A program made the position numbers and the translations under genes. The notes below the pieces were generated by a model. It had not been told where the DNA came from, searched no databases, and saw only the letters and a program-made list of their open reading frames with translations. This document shows positions 37,338 to 48,046 of a DNA stretch of 64,000 nucleotides, in pieces. Source of the DNA: Candidatus Thorarchaeota archaeon (lineage in GTDB: Archaea; Asgardarchaeota; Thorarchaeia; Thorarchaeales; Thorarchaeaceae); NCBI GenBank assembly GCA_048884785.1, contig JBHLQM010000003.1:1-64000 (forward strand). Reading direction: 5' to 3'. Position 1 is the stretch's first letter. Every line of letters starts with the position of its first letter.

Positions 37338-38723
37338 ATGGAAGAACTTGCTCAAAATGCTATTGAGGCGGCTCTCAAAGAAGGTGCAACATTTGCAGAC
37401 ATCAGGATTGAGAACTCAATTTCAACAATCATAGAGCTTTCTGACGGAGTCACCAAGAGATCAATGGCATCTAGGCTTAGGGGCGCTGGGATTCGTGCGT
37501 TTGTTGATGGCGCCTGGGCCTTTGCACAGACAACAGATTTGACTCCATCAGGGATGCGAGATGCCGGTGAATCTGTCGCGCGCCTTGCGATGGCAACTCG
37601 CACCAAAGTTTCCGAGAAATTCGAGATTGAAGGACCTGCCTTCAATGGCAAGGAAGAGTTCAGTTTGCGAATGCATTTCAATGATATACCTATTGAGGAC
37701 AAGATTAGGTATGCCAAGGAGATTGATGATCAAGCAAGGAATTATGACTCACGCATTGTAAATACAAGAACAGTCTATGGTGATTTATGGACTGAACTCT
37801 ATATTGTGAACTCCCTTGGTACGCGCATATACACAGAAAACTCGCTACCACGGATAATATCTGCTCCGACTGCCAAGGAAGGAACTAGCCGGCAACGTGC
37901 CTTCAAGTCAATCGGTGTGCGCGGCGGATATGAAGAGATGCTGAAGGAAGGGCCACAGAATATAGGTACAGACGCTGCCAAGCAAGTCATAGATCTTTTA
38001 GCTTCCGAAGCCGCGAAGGGTGGCAACTATGATGTCATCATGGATCCTGTTCTGAACGGAGTGATGGTTCATGAGGCATTTGGTCACGCGTGTGAGGCTG
38101 ACAATTGGCCGGCACATACAACAGTACTCGAAGACAAGGTCGGGGAAATCGTTGGACCTGAGCATCTTAATCTAAGTGACGATCCCACACTGGCTGGAGA
38201 GCGAGGTTCATTCAAATATGACTGGGAGGGCACCAAGACTAAGAAACGGCATCTAGTTAAGAATGGCGTTCTTACTGACTTGCTTCATAGTCTTGAAACC
38301 TCGTCAAGATTGGGAATGGAAGCTAATGGTGCGGCACGAGCACAGTCTTTCATGTATCCTCCTGTTCCAAGAATGAGCAATACTTTCATGGAGCCCGGAG
38401 ATTGGAATGTTGAAGAGCTGATTCAGGATACAAAGGAAGGTATTCTTCTCTGTAGTTTCAATTATGGCTATACAGAGCCATCGAAAGGTCAATTCATGTT
38501 TCAAGCTAGTCACGGGTATTTGATAGCAAACGGGGAACTTGGCCAAATTGTTCGAGATGTGTCTCTCGCAGGTCAGATACTAGAAGTGCTATCGAAAATC
38601 GATGCTGTTGGTAATGATTTCGAAATGGATGCCGGAACCTGTGGAAAGTCAGGTCAGATGGTTCCTGATATGAGTGGTGGACCGCATGCAAGAATTCGAA
38701 ACATCCCTGTAGGAGGAATGTAA
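37338..38723 (+). CDS. tldD: TldD metalloprotease
   Basis: HEAFGHACEAD, YDWEG, PRMSNT, CGKSGQ.VP...GGPH. Confidence 0.92.
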   Translation: MEELAQNAIEAALKEGATFADIRIENSISTIIELSDGVTKRSMASRLRGAGIRAFVDGAWAFAQTTDLTPSGMRDAGESVARLAMATRTKVSEKFEIEGPAFNGKEEFSLRMHFNDIPIEDKIRYAKEIDDQARNYDSRIVNTRTVYGDLWTELYIVNSLGTRIYTENSLPRIISAPTAKEGTSRQRAFKSIGVRGGYEEMLKEGPQNIGTDAAKQVIDLLASEAAKGGNYDVIMDPVLNGVMVHEAFGHACEADNWPAHTTVLEDKVGEIVGPEHLNLSDDPTLAGERGSFKYDWEGTKTKKRHLVKNGVLTDLLHSLETSSRLGMEANGAARAQSFMYPPVPRMSNTFMEPGDWNVEELIQDTKEGILLCSFNYGYTEPSKGQFMFQASHGYLIANGELGQIVRDVSLAGQILEVLSKIDAVGNDFEMDAGTCGKSGQMVPDMSGGPHARIRNIPVGGM

Positions 38724-38724
38724 G

Positions 38725-40071
38725 GTGGTCGACCTGATTAGTATTGCTGAAAAAGCTGTCAGAAAAGCACTGCAGCTCGGCGCCGAGCAAGTTGAGGCAT
38801 ATGCTGCATATTCCAGATCCTTCGCAATTGAGGTGGAGAATAATGCTATCAAAACCGCAGTTGAGAAGCGTGACGCCGGAATTGGTATCAGATCTGTGAT
38901 TGACAAGAAAATCGGTTTTGCCTATGTCACGACACTGCAAGAAGATGACTACGAAGAAGCAGTCATGAATTCAGTAAAACTTGCCAAAGCATCAATTCCA
39001 GATCCTGACTTTCTTTCACTCCCATCAATGACAACGTCTTATCCTGCTGTTAATGGATTGTTCGACAAGGATGTTGCTGAACTATCGTCCGAAGAAGCTG
39101 CAGAGATGGTGATTAGGTCCGTAGACGCATCAAAGGATTCTGTGAAGGGAATGAAGGTAGCAACAGAGTCACAACTCACAACCTCTGCGGGATCAAAAGC
39201 GATTGTGAATTCACTAGGAATCTCTCAAAAAGCAGAGAGCACATCAATCATGATGTACTGTTATCCATCAGTCAAATCAGATAATGACCAGTCTGCTAGT
39301 TTTGAGTATCAGGTTTCTAGATCTTTGCGTAAGATTGATCCCGAATGGATAGGAAGAACGGCATCAGAGAATGCAGTGAAGAGCCTTGATGGCATTACTA
39401 TAGATGGTGGGGACATGCCTGTTGTTCTATCTCCACTAGCAGTTGGTACTATCATTGGAGGGGGCTTTGCAGGTGCAGTAAATGCTGAAGAAGTACAATA
39501 TGGACGGTCTTACATCTCAGACGCGTTTGGCTCAACGATAGCCTCAGAAAGTCTATCCATTATTGATGATGGTACATTGGAAGGTGGTACTGGCTCAAGA
39601 AACTTCGATGGTGAGGGATTTCCATCTCAAAAGACTCCAATACTTGAGAATGGTATCCTGAAGAGTCTGCTTCACAACTCCTATTCTGCCAACAAAGATA
39701 ATGTACCAAACACAGGAAATGCGAGTCGACCTTCATATGCTGGAATTCCTTCGATTTCTCCTTCTAACTTCATGGTGAATCCTGGCAACGGGTCGCTTGA
39801 CGATTTGGTTGGTGAGATTACCAAAGGTGTCCTATGTCTGAATACGGGCGACCGACCAAACATGACCACAGGTGACTTGAGTGCAATGATAATGGAGGGC
39901 TTCTTGATTGAAAACGGGGAAATAGGTTCCTCACTCAAGAATACACTCATTGGAATCAATATGCGTGATCTTCTACTACGAGTGAGTAGGATTGGAGCAG
40001 ATGTTAGAGAAGGATTCTCTATAATAAGTCCCTCTTTAGTCATTGAGTCAGCAAAGGTTACTTCGGGATAA
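38725..40071 (+). CDS. pmbA: PmbA/TldE protein
   Basis: FDGEG, TGNA.R, N.TTGDLS, SPSL. No HExxH. Follows tldD. Confidence 0.9.
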   Translation: MVDLISIAEKAVRKALQLGAEQVEAYAAYSRSFAIEVENNAIKTAVEKRDAGIGIRSVIDKKIGFAYVTTLQEDDYEEAVMNSVKLAKASIPDPDFLSLPSMTTSYPAVNGLFDKDVAELSSEEAAEMVIRSVDASKDSVKGMKVATESQLTTSAGSKAIVNSLGISQKAESTSIMMYCYPSVKSDNDQSASFEYQVSRSLRKIDPEWIGRTASENAVKSLDGITIDGGDMPVVLSPLAVGTIIGGGFAGAVNAEEVQYGRSYISDAFGSTIASESLSIIDDGTLEGGTGSRNFDGEGFPSQKTPILENGILKSLLHNSYSANKDNVPNTGNASRPSYAGIPSISPSNFMVNPGNGSLDDLVGEITKGVLCLNTGDRPNMTTGDLSAMIMEGFLIENGEIGSSLKNTLIGINMRDLLLRVSRIGADVREGFSIISPSLVIESAKVTSG

Positions 40072-40072
40072 A

Positions 40073-41998
40073 CTACATTCGGTCAACAACAGGTATTCCA
40101 ATCAGTTGGAGGCAATTTGCCATCGTATTCTTGAATGCCTTGACAAGCTCAACCCTTGCGGCCATTATGTCTGGTTCGGCTTTGAGGACAGGACAGGTAT
40201 CATAGAACCTGCTGAAGAGCGTTGCAAGGTTGTAGCAATAGGTCGTCATCTTGTTTGACTGAAAACTCGTGCCCCAAGTTTGCTTCTTGAGTCCTCGTAC
40301 TGTTTCCAGAATCTCCTCTGGAAACTTGGCAATCGCCCTCACCAATGCATACTCTGCATCATGTGTCAGAAGATTAAGGTTTGGCTTTTTCATTACGGAA
40401 TCTGCTTTCTCAAGGATTCTTACGGCTCTTGCATGTGAGTACTGCAAATACGGTGCTGCATCTCCATTAAAGTCCAAGACTTCATTCCATCGAAATGTGA
40501 TCTTTCGATCAGGGGATGCATTGAGCAGAAAATACCTGACTGCGCCAGATGCAACCTGTTCTCCAACAGTATTCTTGAATTCATCACTCTCATCCGGATT
40601 TCTCTTTGCGACCTCTTCTCTAGCAATTTCGAAAGCTTTGTCGAGAACCATATCACATGAGTATCCTATCCAAGTACCCTTTCTCCCAGAGAACTCAGTA
40701 TCTTCCAAACCTACGAACTCAAAGGCAATATGATGTGAATTCTCACTCTGTTCTTTGTATCCCAGTAGGTCCAGTATTGCATAGATCAATCTCTGCGGAT
40801 GTGCCTGAGGAGCTCCAATTACATTGAACACCAAATCGAATTTTCCCAAACTCCGATTTTCACCTTGAAGTGTTGTTCTATAGACATTCTTGCCATTGGG
40901 TTGGGTTTCAAAGAGTTGATACTTGAAAGGATCATTAATGATTCCGAATTTCCACATCTGTAGAGCCACATCTGCTCCAGTGTATGTTCGGGTTCCATCG
41001 GATCGGAAGAGAACTTTGTATGGATCCTGCATATCTTTGAATTCTTCAAATACATCGAGTCTGGCAACGATACATCCAGCCTTGTCGCCTTCCTCAAGAA
41101 TCATTATATTCTCCGCATCCAGCATTTTCTGTTTTCCTGTTTCCAGCAAGCCGCTATGTGCAATAGCACTCTCCCAGACTTGGTAGTCATGGTAGATGCC
41201 CAAACGATAAGCAGTCTGATTCTGAGCCTTTACGCATCTTGTGACCATCTTCAGACTTGTCTGTGACTCTTCAGAGTGGAGGTCCTCCAGTTGTCTTGCG
41301 ACCTCTCTTATCTCCTCTTCCGCTTTCTTGCTTTCTTCGAACTCTTTCTGAACATCAACATATAGATGTCCCAAATACTCATCGTATTTCATCTCTGTTT
41401 CTTGCTTGCCAATTTTCATTAATTTCCAGGCAAGCTGAGCAATCTGCAATCCTAGGTCATTTATGTAATCCAGTTTGATGACATCGTATCCTACTATAGA
41501 GAGGATATTTCCGAGAGTGTCCCCCAGCACTGAATTCCTGGTATGACCAATATGCCATGGTTTGGATGGATTCACTGCCGGAAATTCAATGAGTACACGT
41601 TTTCCGGAATACTCTCCACTCCTACCGTAATCCTCTCCAGCTTTCGAAACAGAAGTGATCGTTTTTTTGGCGTATGCTGCCTTGTTAAAGAACAGGTTAA
41701 TGTATGGTCCTTTTGATTCAGCTCTGTCAAACAAATCACTGTCATCTATCAATGGTTTGAGTTTGGCAGCAACTTCTGATGCAATGACTGCTGGATTCTT
41801 TTTGAGTTCTTTTGCTAGATGAAATGAAATAGTGGTTGCTATATCTCCTAGCACAGGATCGGGCGGTGTTTCCATAAAGGTCTCTAGAATCTCAATATCA
41901 ACTGAAGAAGCCTTGGCAAGCAATTTTCTTGCTTCGTCATGAAAGTATTTCCAAGGATTGGAATTCACCTGACCCTTATTCATTGAGTCCGTCACCAC
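40073..41998 (-). CDS. argS: Arginine-tRNA ligase
   Basis: GPYIN, NPSKPWHIGHTRN, RSDGT..Y, FSGRKG, PYLQYSHAR, FY..CPVL, terminal RM. Confidence 0.95.
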   Translation of the reverse strand: MVTDSMNKGQVNSNPWKYFHDEARKLLAKASSVDIEILETFMETPPDPVLGDIATTISFHLAKELKKNPAVIASEVAAKLKPLIDDSDLFDRAESKGPYINLFFNKAAYAKKTITSVSKAGEDYGRSGEYSGKRVLIEFPAVNPSKPWHIGHTRNSVLGDTLGNILSIVGYDVIKLDYINDLGLQIAQLAWKLMKIGKQETEMKYDEYLGHLYVDVQKEFEESKKAEEEIREVARQLEDLHSEESQTSLKMVTRCVKAQNQTAYRLGIYHDYQVWESAIAHSGLLETGKQKMLDAENIMILEEGDKAGCIVARLDVFEEFKDMQDPYKVLFRSDGTRTYTGADVALQMWKFGIINDPFKYQLFETQPNGKNVYRTTLQGENRSLGKFDLVFNVIGAPQAHPQRLIYAILDLLGYKEQSENSHHIAFEFVGLEDTEFSGRKGTWIGYSCDMVLDKAFEIAREEVAKRNPDESDEFKNTVGEQVASGAVRYFLLNASPDRKITFRWNEVLDFNGDAAPYLQYSHARAVRILEKADSVMKKPNLNLLTHDAEYALVRAIAKFPEEILETVRGLKKQTWGTSFQSNKMTTYCYNLATLFSRFYDTCPVLKAEPDIMAARVELVKAFKNTMANCLQLIGIPVVDRM

Positions 41999-42379
41999 AG
42001 GATAATGTACTTTTGTTATGTTTCTTCATAAACGATGCGCTGAATACGTACTCCAGATTCAATGTGCAGAGAAGAACCATAATTCGCACGAGTTTGAACA
42101 AGCCACGAGGAAAAATGTTCAATATCGAGACATCGAATATAAACGATGTGTTTGAAGAAAATAAAAATTACAAACCCATTTAATAAAACATCTATTTGAC
42201 AAAACGTGCAAAGCCTTATTTATCTTTTTGGCTTGCAGAAAGGTGTTCTCTCTCGAGAGAACTTCTTCGCATATCGCGCCTCACTACGATGCGTTTCTTC
42301 ATACGCCATGATGAGACGCAACATCGGTAACAATGCTCTAACGCAGCTTCCTACTTTCCCCCAGTAGGCCTGCAGGGAG

Positions 42380-43342
42380 ATGATTGGACTGGCCAGTAAG
42401 CAAGCGAAAACCAAGAAGCAGAAGGAGCTCACTGGGACGGCCAGCTACGTATGCAGTGCTTGTTCTTCTACAACAATGTATATTGACCACACTCGTGGAG
42501 AGGTTATCTGTTCTGACTGTGGCCTTGTTTTGTCGGATCGATCAATCGATATGGGTCCGGAGTGGCGCGCCTTTACCGCTGATGAGCAGAATTCTCGTCA
42601 GCGTGTGGGAGGCCCTGCTGACTGGAGTAAATTTGATCAGGGACTCACAACGATAATCGGACGACAGAATGTTGATGCCTCGGGCAGAAAACTGACTTCT
42701 ACTAGAAGAGCACAGATCCATAGGCTACGCAAATGGCAGATTCGTACCAAGGTGCACTCTTCTGACAAGCGCAACCTCGCAGTCGCTATGACCGAGTTGC
42801 ACAGAATAAGCTCTCAATTGAGCATCCCATACTCAATTCGAGAAACCTCAGCTGTCATCTATAGGAAAGCCCTTCGCAAACGATTGACGCGCGGTCGTAC
42901 TATCCTCGGCATGATCGCGGCATCTCTGTATCTCGCATGTAGGGTACATCAGGTGCCCAGGCCGCTTGAAGAGATATGCGACCAAATACACATTACTCGC
43001 AAGGAGCTGAGTCTTTGTGTCCGTCTCATTCTTCGTTATCTCCAGCTGAAGATTCCGCACTCCAATCCTGTGGAGTTTGTCCACCGTTTTGGAACTGAGC
43101 TGGGAATTCCGGGTGAGGCGAAAAAGAAGGCAATTGATATCCTTAACCTAGCAAGAGAAGAGCGGCTCACGATAGGGAAGGATCCGAAGGGAATGGCGGC
43201 AGCAGCAATCTACGTGGCTAGTATTCTGACCGGAGCCAGACGTACACAGCTTGAGATTGCTAGAACTGCCCGTGTGACCGAGGTGACGGTTAGAAATCGC
43301 TACAAAGAGATGGTTGAGAAGCTAGGAATTTCGACCACATAA
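42380..43342 (+). CDS. tfb: Transcription initiation factor IIB
   Basis: Zn ribbon CSAC/CSDCG, GPEWRAF, RLRKWQ, two cyclin repeats, GKDP.G.AAAAIY, VTEVTVRNRYKE. Confidence 0.95.
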   Translation: MIGLASKQAKTKKQKELTGTASYVCSACSSTTMYIDHTRGEVICSDCGLVLSDRSIDMGPEWRAFTADEQNSRQRVGGPADWSKFDQGLTTIIGRQNVDASGRKLTSTRRAQIHRLRKWQIRTKVHSSDKRNLAVAMTELHRISSQLSIPYSIRETSAVIYRKALRKRLTRGRTILGMIAASLYLACRVHQVPRPLEEICDQIHITRKELSLCVRLILRYLQLKIPHSNPVEFVHRFGTELGIPGEAKKKAIDILNLAREERLTIGKDPKGMAAAAIYVASILTGARRTQLEIARTARVTEVTVRNRYKEMVEKLGISTT

Positions 43343-43344
43343 TA

Positions 43345-43380
43345 AGGGGTTATCGGGGAGAGCTCTCCTCGATAATCCCT
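43345..43380 (+). terminator. Long near-perfect palindrome directly after the tfb stop
   Basis: aggggttatcggggagag/ctctcctcgataatccct, an 18-nt arm pair with only G-U wobbles. Confidence 0.65.
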
Positions 43381-43482
43381 CGCCATTCTTTATTCTTCAT
43401 TTTAAACTGCATTAGATGTACGTGGTTAAATCATACATAGGCTTATCAAATTCAGAAGCCATCGATTAATGGAGTTAAAACC

Positions 43483-44316
43483 ATGTCAGATCGCAGAGCA
43501 ATTCACGGAGTTTGGTTGATTGAACGCCAGACAGGTAGGAATCTTGTATCGAGAGCCTACAGCGGGATTGAAATCGACATGGATCTTATTGCTCCTTTTC
43601 TCTCAGCAACTCATACATTTATTGACAAAGCATCAAATGAGAACCTCCGGATTATAGACACGGAGAACAGCCGATACATATGGCAAGAAAATGATCAACT
43701 TTTGTTCGTGATGGTTGTATCAAAGGCAGCCCGTGTTGGACACATGCGTTTCATTCTGGAATATGCTCTCACTGAGTTTATGCGTCAACAGGTGCCTACG
43801 GATGAAACAATTGAGAATATTCTAAAGGGCTGGCATGGATCTCCACAGACATTCGCTGGCTTTGGGAATTTTGTTGATGAGCTGGTGAACCAATTCGAGG
43901 AAACAGATGAGGCGCTTATTGCCGGCAAATCGATGGACTGTCTTGAGGTCTACAGCCACCTTTTCAGAGCTATCCTCCGAGTCAAGGTTGACAAGGAGAC
44001 AAGGCAGAAGCTGGTCAAGAGAATTCAAGAACTCGTTGAACCTATACGAGAAGCTAATCCATGCCTTGAGAATCTTGTAATCGATGAATCCGGGGTCGAG
44101 GTCCTTGGCATCGATGTGTATAAGACGAACTATAATAAACTCAGAGACGCGCTGGAGGACCTCTTGAGGGTTGTAGCGGCAGCAACTAAGGAAGTGTCTA
44201 GCAAATCCGCCTTCCGCAAGATGATCTTTGACCAAGCAATGCCCTATGTTAAAAGGGACCTTAACAGAATCGAGACTTACGCAATTCTAGACGATGTTAT
44301 TCGTCATCTGTTTTAG
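43483..44316 (+). CDS. Longin-like domain protein with helical C-terminal domain
   Basis: IHGVWLIERQTGRNLVSRAY...DLIAPFLSA...F, then LLFVMVV. This is the N-terminal pattern typical of Asgard longin-like domains. Confidence 0.7.
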   Translation: MSDRRAIHGVWLIERQTGRNLVSRAYSGIEIDMDLIAPFLSATHTFIDKASNENLRIIDTENSRYIWQENDQLLFVMVVSKAARVGHMRFILEYALTEFMRQQVPTDETIENILKGWHGSPQTFAGFGNFVDELVNQFEETDEALIAGKSMDCLEVYSHLFRAILRVKVDKETRQKLVKRIQELVEPIREANPCLENLVIDESGVEVLGIDVYKTNYNKLRDALEDLLRVVAAATKEVSSKSAFRKMIFDQAMPYVKRDLNRIETYAILDDVIRHLF

Positions 44317-45656
44317 CCTCGTCCCAACATGACGACAGCTCTTTGGACTATCTGCCCTCGTTTTCTCTCTGGAAGGACTGGTCTATTTGGTTTAATGGCG
44401 ATTTTCCTGCTCTTCATGTCTATTCCTCTGAAGGCGTGGTCAGGTAGAAGGTTGTATATCTGAAATCGAGTTCCTCTAGTCATCTCCCGTATGTCCATAG
44501 AAACATCTCCATTCTTCGTAAGAATCACAGGAATAGTCAATGCTACTCTGCCATCAGCTCTGAGAATCAAATCTATTGCATTCAATGCATCACGGTAAAG
44601 TTTCGTGAGTTCTACGATCTGCTTTTCGGCATCGCGTCTTTCCGGTCTTTTCCTAAACACTGGCCCAAGATGCGGTTCACATGCAACAGCATCCACTTGC
44701 GTACTAACAAGTTTATTGACTTCTCGGGCATCACCCTTCAAGACAGTGAAATTGATGTATGAGCCCAGCTCCCTTCCAAGCCAAATCAGATTGGATTTTG
44801 TTCCCTCAGATGTATTACCATCAATGTCAATACCAATGCATTTCATATCAAGCAGAGCTGCTTCCATCAATAAAGTTCCCGTGCCACAAAAAGGATCGAG
44901 TACCGTATCTCCGGGCCTTGCACCGGATAGTGTTAGGAGAGTTCGGCATACCTTAGGGCTCGTGCTAATTTCAGAGGATATGAAAGGCCTAGATTCATCA
45001 CGCAGCTGCTGAAGCATCGAATCATAGGCTATCACAGTCTTTGCGATATATACCTTTGATTCGGTAATTGCTGCTAGGACTTCTGCATTTGGAGGTATGA
45101 GCAAGTTATGCTTTGCCAGTGATTGTGGCCAAAGTGAAGTGTTGATTCGTTTCTCAACCCGTCTATCAGGCTGTTCATACATCACATAATCAGCCTTTCG
45201 AGCTCCTTTTTCCAGAAGCTTCCTCTTGATGAACTCGCTCAGTCCTTTAGTGAAGTGAATATAATGTACTGGTGCATCGCTAACCTGGGATGGATATGTT
45301 GATACTCCAAACTTGATTTTCTTTCCACCAACAGTTCTCCATACGGAATGAAGCCACGGACAGTCTCCTACATCCTGCCTTGCACTCTTACTGAATGATC
45401 CCTTGGATGGATAGGCCTTTGCCACCTCATCAATCTCATACTTGTAGATCACTCTGCCAACTTTGAATGCCCCTCCAAGGGCGCTCTGAATATCAACAAT
45501 AACTTCATCCTTAATGGCGTGCGTTGTACTGACAATAAGCGATGTCTTTGAATAATCCCTAATCTCTCTCAACAAACCCTTGTCTTCCAGAAGCACTATG
45601 ACCTCTGCAAGTGAAAGCAACCAATTCTTTCCGAGAATGAAAACCAAGTCCGTCAT
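44313..45656 (-). CDS. THUMP-containing tRNA methyltransferase (Trm11/TrmG10-like)
   Basis: FILGKN..LS.AE, RD..RP, VLDPFCGTGT.L.EA, EPHLGP. Confidence 0.78.
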   Translation of the reverse strand: MTDLVFILGKNWLLSLAEVIVLLEDKGLLREIRDYSKTSLIVSTTHAIKDEVIVDIQSALGGAFKVGRVIYKYEIDEVAKAYPSKGSFSKSARQDVGDCPWLHSVWRTVGGKKIKFGVSTYPSQVSDAPVHYIHFTKGLSEFIKRKLLEKGARKADYVMYEQPDRRVEKRINTSLWPQSLAKHNLLIPPNAEVLAAITESKVYIAKTVIAYDSMLQQLRDESRPFISSEISTSPKVCRTLLTLSGARPGDTVLDPFCGTGTLLMEAALLDMKCIGIDIDGNTSEGTKSNLIWLGRELGSYINFTVLKGDAREVNKLVSTQVDAVACEPHLGPVFRKRPERRDAEKQIVELTKLYRDALNAIDLILRADGRVALTIPVILTKNGDVSMDIREMTRGTRFQIYNLLPDHAFRGIDMKSRKIAIKPNRPVLPERKRGQIVQRAVVMLGRG

Positions 45657-46525
45657 TTCTTTGCCCTCTTTAGCTCTTCGTGGAGGAATTTAACATATAA
45701 TGCGCCTCTCAATGGTTCTGGCGTTTCAGAAATGAATGTTGGCTTATAACCAAGTTCATCAACAATCTCTACCAGTGGGAGGATATCTGGACCATACTTG
45801 GAATCTAATGGAAAGTGTCTTGCTTCACCGGCCTTTGTATATGAAATCCCGCTAACATGAAAGTGCATATTATTCAGAAAGCGCTTGCCAAGTTCCTTCT
45901 CAAAGCTCTCCAATATTTTCAGATAACTATCTTTATCGTTTATTGCTCCCTGACTTCTTGCATAGAGATGAGCCCAGTCAATTGTCGGAATTACTCCCTC
46001 GACTTCCCTGCATAACTTGATTATTTCTTCAATTGATCCAAATGACTTGATCTTCCCAGCAATCTCTGGCGCTAAAAGCGTGCCTCCTCCAGTGTTTCCC
46101 GCTTCCTCCCATACATCCCGAAGCGCGTTTCTTATCACAACATACGACTCCTCAGATGATAATCCCCCACGAGTTCCAGCATGGAATACAATTCTCTTGA
46201 CTGCCATTAATGGCGCAAATCTCAGCGCTTTGACCAGACGCTGTTTTGATTTTATCCTGGTTGCAGGATTCGCTGATGCCAAATTGATATAGTAGGCGGC
46301 ATGCAAGCTCATACTAATCCCTGACTCCGTGGAATAGTGTCCAATCTTTGCAGCCTTTTCTTCTGAGATCCTTAACCCATGAACAGCGGCATATTCTAGA
46401 GCCGTAAGTCCTGCTTCTTTTATGATTGTGAAGACTCTCTTTGGATTTCCTCGTGCTTCTGAAGGATATCCTGCAGGACCAAAAAGCACCTCCGTCAGGC
46501 TTATTCCTCCAGCGAAAATTCCCAT
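45653..46525 (-). CDS. nfo: Endonuclease IV family AP endonuclease
   Basis: FGPAG, SLHAAYYINL, VFHAG, PE..GK...FG, IDWAHLYAR, HFH.SG, ISE. True start is probably ~10 codons downstream of 46525. Confidence 0.88.
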   Translation of the reverse strand: MGIFAGGISLTEVLFGPAGYPSEARGNPKRVFTIIKEAGLTALEYAAVHGLRISEEKAAKIGHYSTESGISMSLHAAYYINLASANPATRIKSKQRLVKALRFAPLMAVKRIVFHAGTRGGLSSEESYVVIRNALRDVWEEAGNTGGGTLLAPEIAGKIKSFGSIEEIIKLCREVEGVIPTIDWAHLYARSQGAINDKDSYLKILESFEKELGKRFLNNMHFHVSGISYTKAGEARHFPLDSKYGPDILPLVEIVDELGYKPTFISETPEPLRGALYVKFLHEELKRAKK

Positions 46526-47016
46526 TGACAGAAGGCGTTGTCTGGATGGTTGTCAGGTGGACAAAACTTGCAGACTGTCCTTATCCTGGGATCAATGGTT
46601 TTGGCGAATTCCTCGTACTCAATGATACTGACCTGTTTGCAAGGGAAATCAGGCAATCCTTTTCGATTCCTCGCCGCTTGGATTCTGCAAGCATTCATCG
46701 TAAACAAGAGGCTGTTCTCTGATTTCCGTTCAATTGATTGCTCATTCAATACTGCATAGACTCTGAACCTTAATGCTTTCTCTAGTGAAGACAATCCGCC
46801 ATTCTTTGGGATGTCAAACTCCTTCATTATCCTCTCCGCCTCAATTGGTGAAAAGATGCGCCAAGCCTCTTTATCCATCTCTATTGCAATATCCATGCCA
46901 TACTTCTTTTCAAGAGATAGGAAATATGCACCGTCCATGGCCTGCCATGCCTTTGCATATACATCAACCAATTTCTCAAGGATATCTCTTGGAAGGTCCT
47001 TCAACAAATCCATCAT
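46501..47016 (-). CDS. DUF6125 family protein
   Basis: W.A.DG.YF...E..YG.D.A, CRIQ.AR.RKGL..FPCK, C..CPPD.H....C.WEF. Confidence 0.75.
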   Translation of the reverse strand: MMDLLKDLPRDILEKLVDVYAKAWQAMDGAYFLSLEKKYGMDIAIEMDKEAWRIFSPIEAERIMKEFDIPKNGGLSSLEKALRFRVYAVLNEQSIERKSENSLLFTMNACRIQAARNRKGLPDFPCKQVSIIEYEEFAKTIDPRIRTVCKFCPPDNHPDNAFCQWEFSLEE

Positions 47017-47118
47017 CTCCTGACATTTCGAATGAAGTTTCCATGATATGAGTGATTAGGTATCCCGAAAGCCTTTAATCAATCAAGCGACTGCCAAGCT
47101 TCTGGTCGGGGCAATAAA

Positions 47119-48042
47119 ATGAATTCTTCAGAAACTGAATCCACTACGCAGGGCAGAGAAACAGATCCAAAAGCATTCCTCTCAATAATCAGACCCCAGA
47201 ATTGCATTATAGGCGGTCTAACCGTTATCTCCGGTATAGCTATCGCGTCTAAGATTGATACTGGTTCTGTCGACACAGCAGCCTTATTCATGAATTTCCT
47301 GTTCGCCTTTGTTACTTACTTCTTTGTTGCCGCCGGAGGAAATGTAGTGAATGATATTTTTGACATTGAGGTGGACAAGATTAACCGACCGCATCGTGCT
47401 CTGCCAAGTGGTCGTATGACCATTCGTCAGGCTTGGGCCTATGTGGGTACGCTTAGTATTCTTGGCATAATTTTCGCTCTTTTGAATGGCATAATAGGTA
47501 TGATAGTAGTGGTTGTTTTTCTCGTGATTGGATATGCATATGCGGCTAGAGTAAAACAGCTGGGGATTGCAGGGAATTTCATGGTTGCATTTTCATTTGC
47601 CTTTGGTGTGATTTATGGTTCCCTAGTTTATGGAGAGCTTGCTGGGAATATTGTTTTTCCAATCCCTACTTGGCTATTCTTCATCACAGCCTTTATGATT
47701 CTTCAGGCTCGTGAAACAATAAAGGGAGCTGAAGATGTTGAAGGCGATGCTCTGAGGGATGTGCGAACAATTGCCAGAGTATACGGATACAAAGCAGCTG
47801 CCGGAGTAGCAGCGACGCTCAACTTCATTGGTGTAATATGTTATGTTCTGATTTGGTTTCTGCAATATGCAAGTATGATTCTTTGGCCATTCCTAATCCT
47901 TGGAGCGGCTTTGGTATCAGGCGCTGGAATTGCCCCTCTAACAGGACCTGATAATAAAAAACGACTTCTTATTGGAAGCACTCTTGATAAGATCGGAGCA
48001 CTTGTTGGTCTTCTCGCATTTGTATTCATTCCATTCTTCTAG
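47119..48042 (+). CDS. Digeranylgeranylglyceryl phosphate synthase (UbiA family)
   Basis: IRPQN, NDIFDIEVDKINRPHRALPSG, RE..K..EDVEGD....T. Confidence 0.88.
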   Translation: MNSSETESTTQGRETDPKAFLSIIRPQNCIIGGLTVISGIAIASKIDTGSVDTAALFMNFLFAFVTYFFVAAGGNVVNDIFDIEVDKINRPHRALPSGRMTIRQAWAYVGTLSILGIIFALLNGIIGMIVVVVFLVIGYAYAARVKQLGIAGNFMVAFSFAFGVIYGSLVYGELAGNIVFPIPTWLFFITAFMILQARETIKGAEDVEGDALRDVRTIARVYGYKAAAGVAATLNFIGVICYVLIWFLQYASMILWPFLILGAALVSGAGIAPLTGPDNKKRLLIGSTLDKIGALVGLLAFVFIPFF

Positions 48043-48046
48043 ACCT

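Noticed and set aside
42220-42432. 70-aa minus-strand ORF in the tfb leader
   Set aside because: It overlaps the tfb start and has no RBS or motif support; the region is better explained as promoter/leader.
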